Of a stretch of 64,000 bases of DNA, positions 42,901-55,797 are shown one piece after another (position 1 is the first letter of the stretch; the number at the start of each line of letters is the position of its first letter). Made by a program: the position numbers and the translations under genes. The stretch is from NCBI GenBank assembly GCA_965285935.1, contig OZ260666.1, forward strand, positions 66,898,001 through 66,962,000, in the 5' to 3' direction. Source of the stretch: Ophelia neglecta. Taxonomy: Eukaryota. The notes below the pieces were generated by a model. That model ran no database searches and was not told the origin of the DNA. It saw only the letters and a list, made by a program, of their open reading frames with translations.

Positions 42901-45719
42901 CATTAACTTATTTTATAGTAGTTCCTGTTCTTTTTCATTTTCCAGACCAGGACCTTTTGTCCTATGAGTAAAGCAAGTACATTCATATTAGTGGATACAT
43001 GGTCCAATGAGAACATATTCTGAGAAACGTCTACCTGAGATTCTGTCATGTGCTTCGCCTGGGATAATCATTACACGTCTCCAAGTCTTCAAAAAAGTAT
43101 CCTTTATATGTTATTAATACCGGTTTGACTGAGCTACAAACCTTTGTAGCTTAGTCTTCGGTTTAAAAGGAGGGTAAAGCAGAAATAAAAGCACAATTTC
43201 GCAACCGGTTGCCTAATGATCCACAACAAAACATTAACCGTATATCAACAATATAGGAGGCTTTATAAGATAATGAGTTTCGTATGTATAAGCTAGTACG
43301 GAAACATACACAATGTAGTTATAATGATTGGTCCTCTTCAAAGAGAAACTATCAACCAGTTAATATGTCCTTCAGCAACCTGCCTCATAAATTGACCATA
43401 TAGTCCGTTTAAAGGAGACACAACAAGAATGCTTTGTTTACTGTTCGTTTACACGTTTACTAAAATGTGACAGAGAGAATTTCTCATTTAAATTAAATTG
43501 AATTGACTTTCATGCATATATTGACTCGTCACATATGCCAATATTTACACGACACATAATCCATGTTATATTTTTAAATAGAACACTGAAGTTCAGGATA
43601 CTTGCATGTTTCCTTTATCATGTATTGCTCTTATCTGTATGGCTTATATGGAATGTAATGGAACAGTGCAAAAAAATAATTCCATCACATAATCATACAA
43701 TTTATTTTGTTTCATATAGGCAGCCGGTGTGACTTATTATATATATTACTGTACGCTCATTTTCTGTAGAACAGGTTTTGATGTGTTCACTAATAAACTG
43801 ACATCAGCGAGGCAGCCAGCAGCTCTGATGGCAACATAACATGAAACCACTTGACGTCCACCCCAAGAACAACCATTGACAATGTGACGGAAGAACATTT
43901 AAAAAAACAATTCCTTAAACTATAATTCAAGGGAAGTTGAAGTGTTTCTTGTACAGTCGAATGTTGGACATTACTTTTTATCCAATTAAAGGAATATCAA
44001 TCATCCAAATTGACTTGATGCCAATAAATATTTTTCAAACAGTTTTATAATTATTGAAAAAAAAATTATTGTCTAGACACCACAAAGTGTGCACGGCCGA
44101 CAAGGCCACTTAAAGTTATTTTTATATGCAAACTTTGTGAGTGAGCTCGAACGCCGACGCATTGTATAAAGTGAAGATTCTATCGTGTCACCCTCAATCC
44201 GTGTACATAAAATGCAAATAAAAATCAGTATGGAGAGACAATTGCGAGTCCCTGGTGAGCAATGTGAGGCCTTGTGAGATGTCCCTGGCATGTTCGAGTG
44301 TCTGCTACGGGGCCTGCAAGACTTATAAAAGAACATAGGATGACATATAAACACTGGTTTTGATGTTGAAAAGCTTGTAAAAGAACACACAGAGTCCCAC
44401 ATGTGGTATGATGACCACACATTTACGTACGCTAAATTAACATTGAAAGCAGTGTTTGTTCCTTGCGCACATATACAGGTTACTTGTCGTTTAATAGTTT
44501 TCGAAAAGAAGAAGCAACTACTATCACACTGGAATAACGAGGAATAAGGGAATATGTATCAAATGTCAAGGTTAATAAAATGGAGGAGAGTGTAACAGTT
44601 TTTGCAATGCTTCGAAGCAGGATAAATTAAGAAATTGCAAATTTTTATATTGAACACATTATTGATCTTCCTACTATGTTTCTTTATAGAATAACACTCC
44701 TGTAATGGAATCTAAATCCCGACACCAGTAATCAGAACCGTAGCATGTGTACAAGATAGGCATCTTGATAAACAGGCAAGACAGTTAGTCTTTAAAATAC
44801 GACAGAAGCAAGTTATTGCTTGCTGAAAACAGTGGATATAATACAAGATTTCAGTTAACCTTATGCAGGAACTTCTCATCAGTCAATGTACACGACACCT
44901 GTGGACAAGCTTGAACAACCGAGACTAAAGCCACAACGTTTTGCAATTATTGTTTTGCCAAGGCTGTTTTACTCGTAATTAACTTTCGACAGAAATCTCC
45001 TGCTGACGCGGGTCAGAACAGGTACTCACTGTAAGCAAAGTGGCTGATGGCAGGGACCTTACACTTAAGGCTCACATCCCATGCTATAGCCTGCATGTGT
45101 TCCCTTCAGTTTAATACGGCAGAGGTCTCATATCAAGCCTTTAACTGCCATAAATCTCACTAAAGCTGACAATTTCCAAGGATTACATTACCCTACCTTA
45201 GGATCCTGTCACATACAAGTCAGACTCATATCCCTTATACCTTAATAAGTAGGCGTCAGGGAGTGAAGTCATACAACAGTACACGGTCCAAAAAGATTAG
45301 GCCGGGGAAAGGAGGGGAGATGGGGGGGAATCACCCTCAGAAGCATTTGTTGGTATATCCGTCATGATAATCTTATGATCAGAATATCAGTTCCAACCCC
45401 CAAAAGCATCAAACCCAAGATAAGTGCGATCCGGCAGTGCAAATTTCGACTTTTTTCTCAAAAATAAAGACGTCGCAGCTTCGGTCAGCCGGTCCCGGGG
45501 CCTAATAAGTATTGATCACCTGAATTGGTGACGCGTAACCTAGACAAGCTAAAGACATGTGGAACAGCAAATCCTGGGTGCAAGATATAAATCATACATC
45601 AACAGCCTCTATATCTTACTTGAGGCAAAATTGGCTTGAGCTGGTGATAAAAGACGAAAATAAGTAAGTAGTAACACTCGAACTAATTATCACAGATACA
45701 AGCTTCATCAGTTTTATAG

Positions 45720-46420
45720 GAAAGACTAAATTAACCAATTTGAAACCAGCGGCCTCACTCGCTATCTATCTTCTGGCTCTGGACAAAGTTTTTGTTAATG
45801 AATCTTTACCAGCCAAACTTATGTCACAACTTATGGTTGTTATAAAGGCTGTTAAACACGATTGAATAAGAGAATACCGGATAGGAAATGAATATATTCT
45901 TGAAGATTTCACTGATTCCATGAGCCAGCATTGCCACAAAAATGCAGGCAATTGCACTATTCAAGATTTAGGTCAATGTTCAAGTAATCTAGGATGCAGA
46001 TTTATTCCTTGTGGTAAAAATACATATCTAACAGCCAGTGTCATTTATCCTCGAGCTTCATGTCTGGCTGCTCTAGATTCAACATAACAGATTCTACTTC
46101 AGGAATACCGTTGAGGTTGTACATCATAGAAGCTGTACACTGTGGCAGAGAACGGCCATTCCCCTCACTGCAAGATGCAAGGAGTACAGGGCTTCTAATC
46201 GCCTAGGAGTTCATTCTTTATGAGCGTGCTCTGGGATATTAATGTTGGTCCAAATTACTTTACTTGCTATTAATAGGACCTCCTTCGCTATCTGTATTTC
46301 GTCTTTCTTTAGGCCAGTCTGGGTCCTGGACTTAGACACTTATTCCCCATTTGGTGAGATGGAATGGAATCTGTTCAACTAAATCACACACAATGTCATA
46401 GTGTCAGGTTTTCCGCAGTC
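45720..46420 (-). pseudogene. Possible very old LINE APE fragment
   Basis: Frameshifted KD/RNTDSEGG/VLLIA (like RxDR...GGGVLI) and a downstream IDLNL (like GDLNL). Weak. Confidence 0.22.
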
Positions 46421-49400
46421 GACTGCACCAAGATTTACTACTGCAATTTGCTGAATTATCAGGGTACTAAATATGGCTACAAAGAAAAAAAAGCTACGCA
46501 AATCTCTTTAATTTCCACAGAGAGCATTGAATGAATTATAAGACCAACCCGAACCCCCACTAACCTTACACATAAGTTTCTTGCTTTTTGCCATATTCAG
46601 AGCCTGAAAATAAGGAAAAACTGGATGAACATCATTGTTAAGGGAAGGTGATAATGCTTAAGTGTGCAAATATACATTCGGAAATTTCCCTTGCACATTT
46701 CAGGTACTTCACAGATGATCAGAAAGCTAACAGGACATGAATCTAATCGTATGATTGTTCAAACAATAGGGATGTGGCAGTTCTCAAAGAAATTGAAATA
46801 GCATAATTTCATAACTTAAAACCTGCATACTTATCATGCTCATCCTTTAGGTTTGCTTAATCATTCGAATGAGGATGTTCATTCAATGTGCACAACATGA
46901 CGCTCGTTACATAGAATTCTTTAATATACCTGCAGACATGATAAGAAAACCCAATAGCTCTACTATTGATCAGCATGTGAGTCTCGGCTGGAACATATCA
47001 CCCTCTCAGTTTCATTGCACTCTACTGAAATACAATTTTTCACGACCCGCCAACTGTATTCGGTCAAGGTGAAAAAACTTCCCTCTTACATTTTCTATGC
47101 CCATTTTGTCCCTTTTGTAGGGCAAAAGCACCTGGCAGAAGCAGCTTTCATAAACACATTGGTAGATAGTGGCACGTCTTTTCAAAGCAACAAAACCGTC
47201 ATCTGATAATGCTAATTCCTCAGAGCTAAGCAGAAAAATGTTGGTTCTCTACATGCAGATATAAGCTTTGAATAAATCCTAGACAAATGACTTGCAAACG
47301 GCATACACCAGGTTAAGAACTAACATCAGTACCACAGGTGGTCGGTAGAACAATATATGGGTATCCGTGGTTATTGCAACGCGATTTCTAACTTCGACCT
47401 TGCTTTTGAATGATGGGTTAATTGTTCTAAACAAGGAATATAATACGCTTTTGATATATATTAGGCAAATAAGAGTTTATTCTAATTTTGGTATTTATTA
47501 AGAAGGACTTTTGAACAGCCCATAATATATCGGGCGTATATGAAGGTCAGTGTTTTTAATTAGCGTTTGTCTCTTATATAAAATGTTGCAAAGAACATGT
47601 TCTGATTTTGATCCTGACCAAAACTACAAAAAGGACCAAGGTATAGAACTTACTGATAACATGTTTACTTTTAAACACTGCCCTATTCTAACCATTACTG
47701 TAAGCCTAAATTGTATTAAGACTTGACATGCCAAAACAGCATGCTCGAAATAATAAAAGGCTTTTTCCGGTTTTACTGATATGTGTTAGAATAAGCACAA
47801 CATACAACCGGTATTTCATCTAATTTTCCAACCGCAAGACTTGAATGAACAGTGTGTTAATTGTACGATAGGACAACCATGCAGAAAAACTATGCTTGGA
47901 ATATTGCATGGCGCTAGTTGCCGCCCACTCATCAGTCAGAGAACAAACCTCTTCCAGACAGGAAGCACATCCTTATTTGCAAGAACATATCTACTTTGGT
48001 ATGCAGTGATATTTTTATATCAAAAGAAAAACGACCAAGATCTCTCCGAAAAACGTAGGTGTTTGTGACAGGGAAACTGTTTACAATAACAGCTACTACA
48101 ACTTGACATGACAGCAGGAAGACACCATAAAATAATGCTACAAGGAAAATATGTCTCCTGTGTTTTGCAGGTACTGTGCGCAGTTTTCTAACCAGAAGAC
48201 AGCATCAAACACAGTTTAGACCCATGTCGTGTTACACCAATACGTATGGGGGTTTCAGGACGTGCAGCCAAAACATGCTCCCATGCGATAATGGCCCAAG
48301 GTTGATAATAAAGTTCGGAGCTAGGTTAAGTCCGTTTTACTTTGGGCAAATTTTCCTTTCCATCCAACATGAGGATTGCCACACAGAGAACTTCGTATGG
48401 ATATCTATGTACATCATGACCCAATGTCATGCCACACATCACGTATTCCTTTCAAATAACATATAACCAATGTGATGTTCAAAGCTTAGCAAGCCATGCA
48501 CTTGATACCCAAAACACACCTAATAAAATTCACACTGACTACCGTTAACTTTTATTACGGGTTTTGACCCAGAGGCCAGCATAGCACTGAGCCACAAGGG
48601 GTTAGTTGTAAGATATGAGGCATTTAACGTCTTATTGTGATCGAATCATTAAGACTTAAATGCAGTTCACCCTGACATATCCAGACAAAGGCACGTGTAT
48701 CTAATTTTACATATACATGTATTAGGGCTAGGCCACATTCCCTGCCACTGCTCCATGTGCCACTGATGCTATGCTGTCAGTTTGGTCTATCAATAGTCTG
48801 TTGGATCTCAGCATGTGGTTGTTTAAGCAAAGCCTAAAATCAAGCAGAGTTTGTCACTCTCTCGCCTAAGCCCTGAGCCAGGCATAGCGATGGCTGGTGG
48901 TTAATGCATTTAATGTAGGCACAGGAAGATGTCTTCGTTCTTGCCACTCACGTGAGTAGCAGGAGGGCGATCACAAGCCTCATCTAATGTAAGCGCTTAA
49001 AACACGAATAAATGCTTAACAGATATACTCTGGTAAAAACTGAGCTACTTGTCTCGAAACAATATGCATACATGTTTCTGGACAATAACTGTTTTTGGAT
49101 CGGTGGGGAAAACAAGAGGTATTAGTGGATGCACCTTGATCATATCTTATGATATATCCTAGACCATCATAACCTTTCCAAAGGCGCTTTCACCTCTGTC
49201 CTGAGTTTACTATTGACGAGATGGTGGTGCTCTAATTCACATCATGGAACCGTGTTCACTTCATCGCATTGCAAGTGACAATATAATTTAACTTTGTTAT
49301 TTTCAATTTCGTTGCAGGCTAGCCAACAAAAGGAAACTGGGAACTGATGATAGTGGGCTTATAGATGAAGATACCTGATAAATTCGGAATTAATTTATCC

Positions 49401-50844
49401 GTGTTATTATGCCTATTGGCAGAGAAAAGTTGTGAGACCAGCTTAAGGCAATATGAAGAAAATTGTGGACATAGTGTTATACCAAATTCATTAATCACAC
49501 AATTGTTTAACAGCCACCAACAAAGTATCTCAGACGCATACTTAAATTAGCAAAATGAAATTACCATGTTAGATATCAGAATAAGCAAATCAAAAGAAGT
49601 CGATTTCCATAAAGGAGTTCCTTTCTATCATCGGCACACTGTGCAGCGAGGCCTTGAAGTGACAAGTTAACATGGCATCTAATTCCTTTGTGTGTCCGTC
49701 TTTAAAAGATTGCTGTGGGATATTAATATTAGTCTAAATGACATTGACAACTATTCATATGTCATCGTCCTTTAAACGCTTTTACTTACAGTGCAGTGTT
49801 GGATATATACTTATCAGCTCATATGCCATTTGATAAAACGGAGAATGACATGGCCTAAAATCAAAAATAATTTGTCAAACGTTTTGTATGCCTTTATATA
49901 TATGTATGTATATATATGAATATCTATAACAGCACCTTTTTGGCATCCTCAGTGTTAAAGAGAGGAAACCTGCAGATATTATACCTTAATGAATGCTAAG
50001 GTTAATAATAAAAACCACAGCCGGGAGACATTTTATCATTATGGTAAGTAAATATTATTGCTATCCTAGCACACAGGAAACAACCACTTTGCTCCCAATG
50101 CACTGTATAAGATTTCACATCGATATTGTTAGGCGAGCTTGAAATTGTCGAAAAATCCTGGATAGTGGCGACTTTTAATAGTAATTCTTGCTCTCAACTT
50201 GTATGCAACCGATTGCCTACTGTACGTGACTTCTCTGTGTAGCCTGGCTTGTTGGACGACACTCCTTTTTGCGGCAAAATTTAATGTCGTAATATGTGTT
50301 GAAACATAATTCGCGAATTGTCCTGCTGGTGAACATATCTTGCTTTCCATTCATGTTCATAGTTAATAAAACTGATGAAATTTCACTTGAAACCTCCAGT
50401 CACTGTAAAAGCACTTCTATCCAACATTAAAATGTGTTGCACTACCCAAGTTCTGAGATATGTATATTTGGCTCGGTATGTTTCAGGTAAGGGCACTTTC
50501 TAATTAACAAATTAACAGATTAACAAATCCTAAGTCTTGGGGCACAGCGAAAGATGCCAGTAACCAGTATACAGGAAAGAATCGTAGAAGCTAATTTAAC
50601 CATTTCAGGTATATACAGAAATTCATAGCTTGAAAGTTCACACAAGAATCACGAATTACGTCTATTTTTAAAAAAAATGGCTCACCTTTGAGCAAATCCT
50701 ATAATCATTCTCCTAAAAAGATCATAGTGTGTTACCAAAGCTGCCTCTTTTTTCCACCTACACAAGCCTGTCTGCATTTGAAAGCAGCCTTTTTACGGTA
50801 TACGAAATCAATGGCAGGAAATGAGCTGATTCAAAACTGATTAC

Positions 50845-51123
50845 CTTGATGCAGGAGTTCTTGTAAATGACAGAACCTGCTTATTCCAGCGCATTCTGGT
50901 GTGCATATTGTCCTTAATACATTTTCCCAAAGGATGTAAGGTCATAGACAGGATCAAGGATTCTTGGTCTTGTTCCGAATCTGCTTCACCCTCTTTTTGT
51001 TTTAAATTTTCAAAGCAGACCCGAACTTGGACTATGATAATCTTATGTAAAATGCTGTCAGAAAGAGGGTGAACATTGAGACATAGCAGCATTTTGTAGG
51101 ATACTCCAGGATGTCCAACACTG
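50845..51123 (-). other. Candidate 279-nt exon (possibly an upstream 5' UTR exon of the THSD7-like gene)
   Basis: Acceptor GTTTTTTTATCTGCAG|CAG| (NAGNAG) and donor CAAG|GTAATC. One frame is open throughout, but I recognise no domain. Confidence 0.3.
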
Positions 51124-51507
51124 CTGCAGATAAAAAAACTGGAACCCTAATTTGTTAAGCATTTGGTCAAAAGAAAATAGTTTTTCAAAAGACGTTACAA
51201 ACCGACAGGCTCAAACAGTTCGTTAAAATTGCTCAAAACAATGTATTTAATGCTTATGTTATATGTAACCTGCAATTCTTTCCACGCATTTTCGCATCAA
51301 CGAAAAATCTATTGGAAAACATCATGTATGTCAATCTTACTACTGTAGGTAATTACAAATTAATATGACAAAAGCGAGAGGCTATTTATTTCCACTTATT
51401 ATGGTTAATTCTTGTCGTGCTGTGCCCCTCTCTGGATGAAAAAAGGGAAGTAGTGAACCCAAGTGGCCAAATTGATATCATTATTTGATGTTTAACAACC
51501 TGACACC

Positions 51508-51557
51508 ACCCCTTCCCTCCCTCCTGCCTGCCCCCCCCCCCCCCACACACACACACC
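51508..51557. repeat. C-rich low-complexity tract and (CA)n microsatellite
   Basis: CCCCTTCCCTCCCTCCTGCCTG, then a poly-C run and CACACACACAC. Confidence 0.8.
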
Positions 51558-54320
51558 AACCACCGCCCGACAGTTGGCTTTCTGTAGTTTGACAGCAGAT
51601 AATGTGTACGAACTTGTTCCAGGATATTTAATTTAAATGTAAATCAATTAAACATCCACCTTATATATTTATAACTAGTTTAATCAGCAATTTGTTATTT
51701 AAGGCGCTGCATAGAGAGATACACTTATAGTTCTTCTTTTGCGTGATTGCGCTGGGCAATGAACCATGTGATACGATGGAAGTATGGCAATAAAAGACGA
51801 TTATAAAATACACATGATTTATGCAAAGCAAAATATTTTATCGAAATTAAAATATCGTTACACAGATTATAATTACAGACAAGGCAGTTTATAAGAAACT
51901 ATACTATTCCAAGATTCAGGATGAGACCATAAATCGGCCCAGACCCATCAGGAACGGTCAAATGAAAAAAATCTTTACCTTTCTTCTTTGTATTATAACG
52001 ATGGGCATTTATTTGATCTACACAAGCTCAGTCAAGTTCCTGAGCCCCAATTGAGCCCCTGACCATATACTAATCATTATAAGTGGCAGTTGCTATCCAT
52101 CTGATATAATGGCAACTCTAATGTGATGGAAGTTTTCTCATTACATAGGAAAAGAACATCCCAATTACTTCCAAATCAAATGATCAAAATCAAATTGGGT
52201 CACATGGTACGTGAGTGCAAATAGCAAGGTGATTAGGCTATCACAGACTAACACATAATGCAACCTAAACTCAACAGCAATCTTACGGTGCATCTTTTGC
52301 ATGAAAAACAAGGTTTCAGTAACCTGCAAAGTGAGTAACCTTCAAAAACTGTTCTAAATATCCTACGTAAAGGAAACAGAAAAGAATCGCATGTGCCGTG
52401 TACCGACATTTCAACAATGAAACTATGGACATTAGATTGGGTTGATCGCGTTAGGGTTAGGGCTGACAAGTATTCTCTGTTGTTTTGACTTGAAGCCATG
52501 AAAACAGAGGTAGACAAACGTATTAACAAATCACAAGTTACACGATTGTCAAACATCCTGCTCTAAACCTAGATGTAAAAGCAACTTCCAATTAAAATTT
52601 GTCATTGTTTCAGTGGACATATCAACAAATAATTTATTCAGTTTTAGCAAAACTTACGGACAGGGACAGAGACAGATTCAGGCAGACAGAATTAATCTTC
52701 AATCAGCAAATTTGATTTCAGTGTTGAACATTTACATTTATTCGACTAAACACCTTGACTGGCACGCGCAGTATGTTAATGTTTTTGAAGAAATAGGCCA
52801 TTGCTAATGCGATCCGAAAGAAGATAAAATATCATGATACAGGAAATCATCATAAAAAGTTTCTAATATACATCACGGCCAATTAGGGAAGCTTAGTTCG
52901 CTTACATCTTGATTAATATTGTCGGGGGAAAAAACATAATGAAGATAGATGATTGGCCAGGTAGTTTGGTTAGTTAGTAAATTTTATATACCTCTCCTCG
53001 AAATGTGATCTAGGTCCGATCAAGCAAAATATTGATTAACTACATGACATCCATATGGTCTTTTCAGTGTTTTTTTTTCAATTTCGGAATGGATGTATTA
53101 ATTTGACTTTGTCTGCTATTTTTATCATTCCCTTTCTGTTCAGTGGCTGGTCTTTTTAGATGCACTCGGAAGATAAAATCTTTTAAAGAAAATTTAAAAC
53201 CAGTATATCCTTACTTGGCGGGCATCTCTAAGTTTTCTTGGGCTTATTGTGAGCGATTATGAACAAATCCGAGTATGCTCCGTACACGTATTTATGTCCT
53301 ATATAATAAATGGCTCAATTGCTTACAACTGAGCGTATTTCCTTAAAACATCTTGTTAGATAGTGGCCTCATAGCGTCATTTATATATCGAAACCAGAAC
53401 AAGACACATTGTATGGTCGTGGGTCTACACGGACAAACAAACACAAACAAACTTTCCATTATACAACTTAAACAGAATTGCTCCACTAAAACCAAGTTTC
53501 CCTAGGCTCTCATGTATGCAAACTGGAAAGGGTTTTACGGCTATTTTTCCAAACCTTATACACAAAACATTAAGCTAAGTGTCATCTCGTGTGGTAGGTA
53601 TAACGACGATGAAGAATATCTCTTAGACCACCTCAATAACTGCATAATACCGTGGGAATATTTTCACATGCTGCACATCGGTCTTCAGCTGAGTGATATC
53701 TGTATTTATGCAGTGCAATCCATTAGGTTCAATCCTGGGCGTGGAGGACGAAGTCCAGAACCACGGAATCAAAGTGCTTTCTTTGATAGGGATCTGCACA
53801 ATTGCGTCATTCTGTTAGTAGGGTACATATATCGGTTATTAACAACACTAAAAGTTCGCTGTACATGTTTACCCAATTCATTAACCAAAAGGTTTCTTTG
53901 AAATTGTTGCTTTCAATCTCGTCGGACAATTCATATGGATGGATGTGAGGTGATCACTGTTGAAAAGGTCATTTTGTTTCAAACTATATATTATGGCATT
54001 TTCATTTATCTATCCTATGATGAAATCCAAAAGCTGCACAATGTTTCAAACATAAGTAATATTAGTCTCTGATCAGTATGCCAAACCTCTAGTTACAAAG
54101 CCTAAGAGCCAAGTTCAATTGATACCAGTCCTCCTGAAGTCGACCAGCCATAGTAAACAATGAAGGGACTTGGTGAAATAAGGCCAACCATGAAAAACAG
54201 AAAGAGCAGCCATAAAGACAGGCATTGAATAATGATATAAATGCACATGATACGGGTAAAATAGTCAACTGCATTATTAAGTTATACGAAAGTCAAAGGT
54301 ATTAATATTTCGTCACATCC

Positions 54321-54565
54321 CCTGGGGCCGGTTTCTGGAAGGGGTCTTACGTTTAGGGATTAGATTACCCTAAGACCGATTAGCTGAGGCCATGTTAAGC
54401 AGTGTTTCCACTGACCAGGATTAAGTGTAGGACCAAAATGGCTAGGTTTAAGACCTAATCCAGCTTCCAGAAACCTCGATTAGTAAGTTAAGACCGATTA
54501 AGCACTTTAATCCTGATTTTAATCCGAGTTAAGAGTTAAGACCGCTTCCAGAAACCGGGGCCAGG
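54321..54565. mobile_element. Harbinger/PIF-like MITE, best-preserved of three copies
   Basis: ~30-bp TIRs: CCTGGGGCCGGTTTCTGGAAGGGGTCTTA and TAAGACCGCTTCCAGAAACCGGGGCCAGG. Internal TTAAGACCGATTA-type subrepeats. Superfamily inferred from the GC-rich ends and CWG flanks. Confidence 0.75.
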
Positions 54566-54859
54566 AGATTCACCAAATAGAATAGTTATGATGGTTGTAA
54601 ATGTCATTTGCCTGAGTACATTGTGTCGTTGGTACAGATACTTATGTAAAGTATTTTACCTAAAAATTACTTAAGGGCTCGCATTGACACATATAGCAGT
54701 TAATGACACAAGGACCACTTGTTAATCACGTTCAAAGGTAGTATGTTACAAAATATGCAATAGTAATATGCAAATTCACCACACAATAAATTTGGATACA
54801 AATATGATCTCATCAAACTGAGGGAATAAAGCGACAATCATGGAAAATATGTAAGACCG

Positions 54860-54872
54860 TAAATGATCTTTA
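54860..54872. repeat. Target-site duplication of the CR1 LINE (3' copy)
   Basis: TAAATGATCTTTA, identical to 57075-57087. Confidence 0.9.
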
Positions 54873-54883
54873 GTTTAAACATA

Positions 54884-54939
54884 TTTATTTATACTGGTTC
54901 CCTCCAATAGCTGCAAGCTAGTCGTGGGAGGTTACCAGT
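54884..54939 (-). promoter_or_regulatory. LINE 3'-terminal stem-loop and AATAAA
   Basis: Minus strand ACTGGT-AA-CCTCC...TAGCT-TGC-AGCTA...GGAGG-GA-ACCAGT (54893-54939), then AATAAA (54884-54889). 3' stem-loops are the known RT-recognition signal in CR1/L2-type LINEs. Confidence 0.7.
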
Positions 54940-55388
54940 CTGTATTTACAAAAATCGACTTATTTACAATTTATCATATATCATAGAGATAATATCAATG
55001 CTAAAAGTACAATAGGTATAACTGGGATGTAATAACAAAAAAATTATAATTATAATGATAATGACTGTGCAATGATATGATATCGCCAAGAGGATTATGA
55101 ACTTGGTAGGCAGAAGAGATTTTATATAATATATGCGTTGTATAAAATATAGGTATCTTGATAGTAAGAGATATTTCATGTAAACGATAACACAACTTAT
55201 TGTCCATCTAAGAGGGTTCAAGTATATCAAGTTATAGTTTTGATTATGTGCAGTTTACATAGATAGAGTAGATAAATACAGTATTTTGATAATGACGTAA
55301 ACGAGGGCGACAGAGAATAGTTATTGCCTGTAAGGAGGCGATCACATCAGGGCTATGCTTAATTTTTTATTAATTGCGAGAGTATTAC

Positions 55389-55591
55389 CACAAGTGACAT
55401 TTTTCAGTAGGCATGGTCGCTACACCATGCCCAAACAAGGCGCCCGGCAGAGCGCACCGACCCAGGAACCCGCAAGTGTCATGCCAAATGTGGAGAGGCG
55501 TACAACCCATGAGCTCCCCGCCAAGCGCAGCGCCGCACGCCAAGCCCGAGCATAGCACCGCGACCATGTCCCACATAGATGTCAAACTGTG
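55389..55591 (-). other. Long G-U-rich RNA hairpin in the LINE 3' UTR
   Basis: 55412-55455 pairs in register with 55525-55568: 28 Watson-Crick plus 10 G-U pairs out of 44 on the minus-strand RNA. Pairing continues inward, and outward via TGACAT/ATGTCA and CACAG/TTGTG. Confidence 0.75.
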
Positions 55592-55797
55592 TAGCACAGC
55601 TCCGACAGTTGCCACCAACATTACATGTCGTGAAATATATTTTGAATGACGATTTGTAATGGATGACAATGATTTGAAATGATCGAATGAAGGTGGGGTT
55701 GATGAAGTAGATGGGGTTATCGTGTTTTTGATGAGTACATATTTACAAAGAGGAGTTGTAGACCCGAAATAAATAAATGGCCAGAGAATAGCTACGC

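Noticed and set aside
47904-47935. Minus-strand hammerhead-like CTGATGA-stem-GCAA
   Set aside because: GCAA replaces GAAA, stem II is imperfect and there is no cleavage-site helix.
53680-53760. Pol III B-box-like GGTTCAATCC (53726-53735), possible tRNA or SINE head
   Set aside because: No cloverleaf and only a poor A box. At most a decayed SINE that I cannot delimit.
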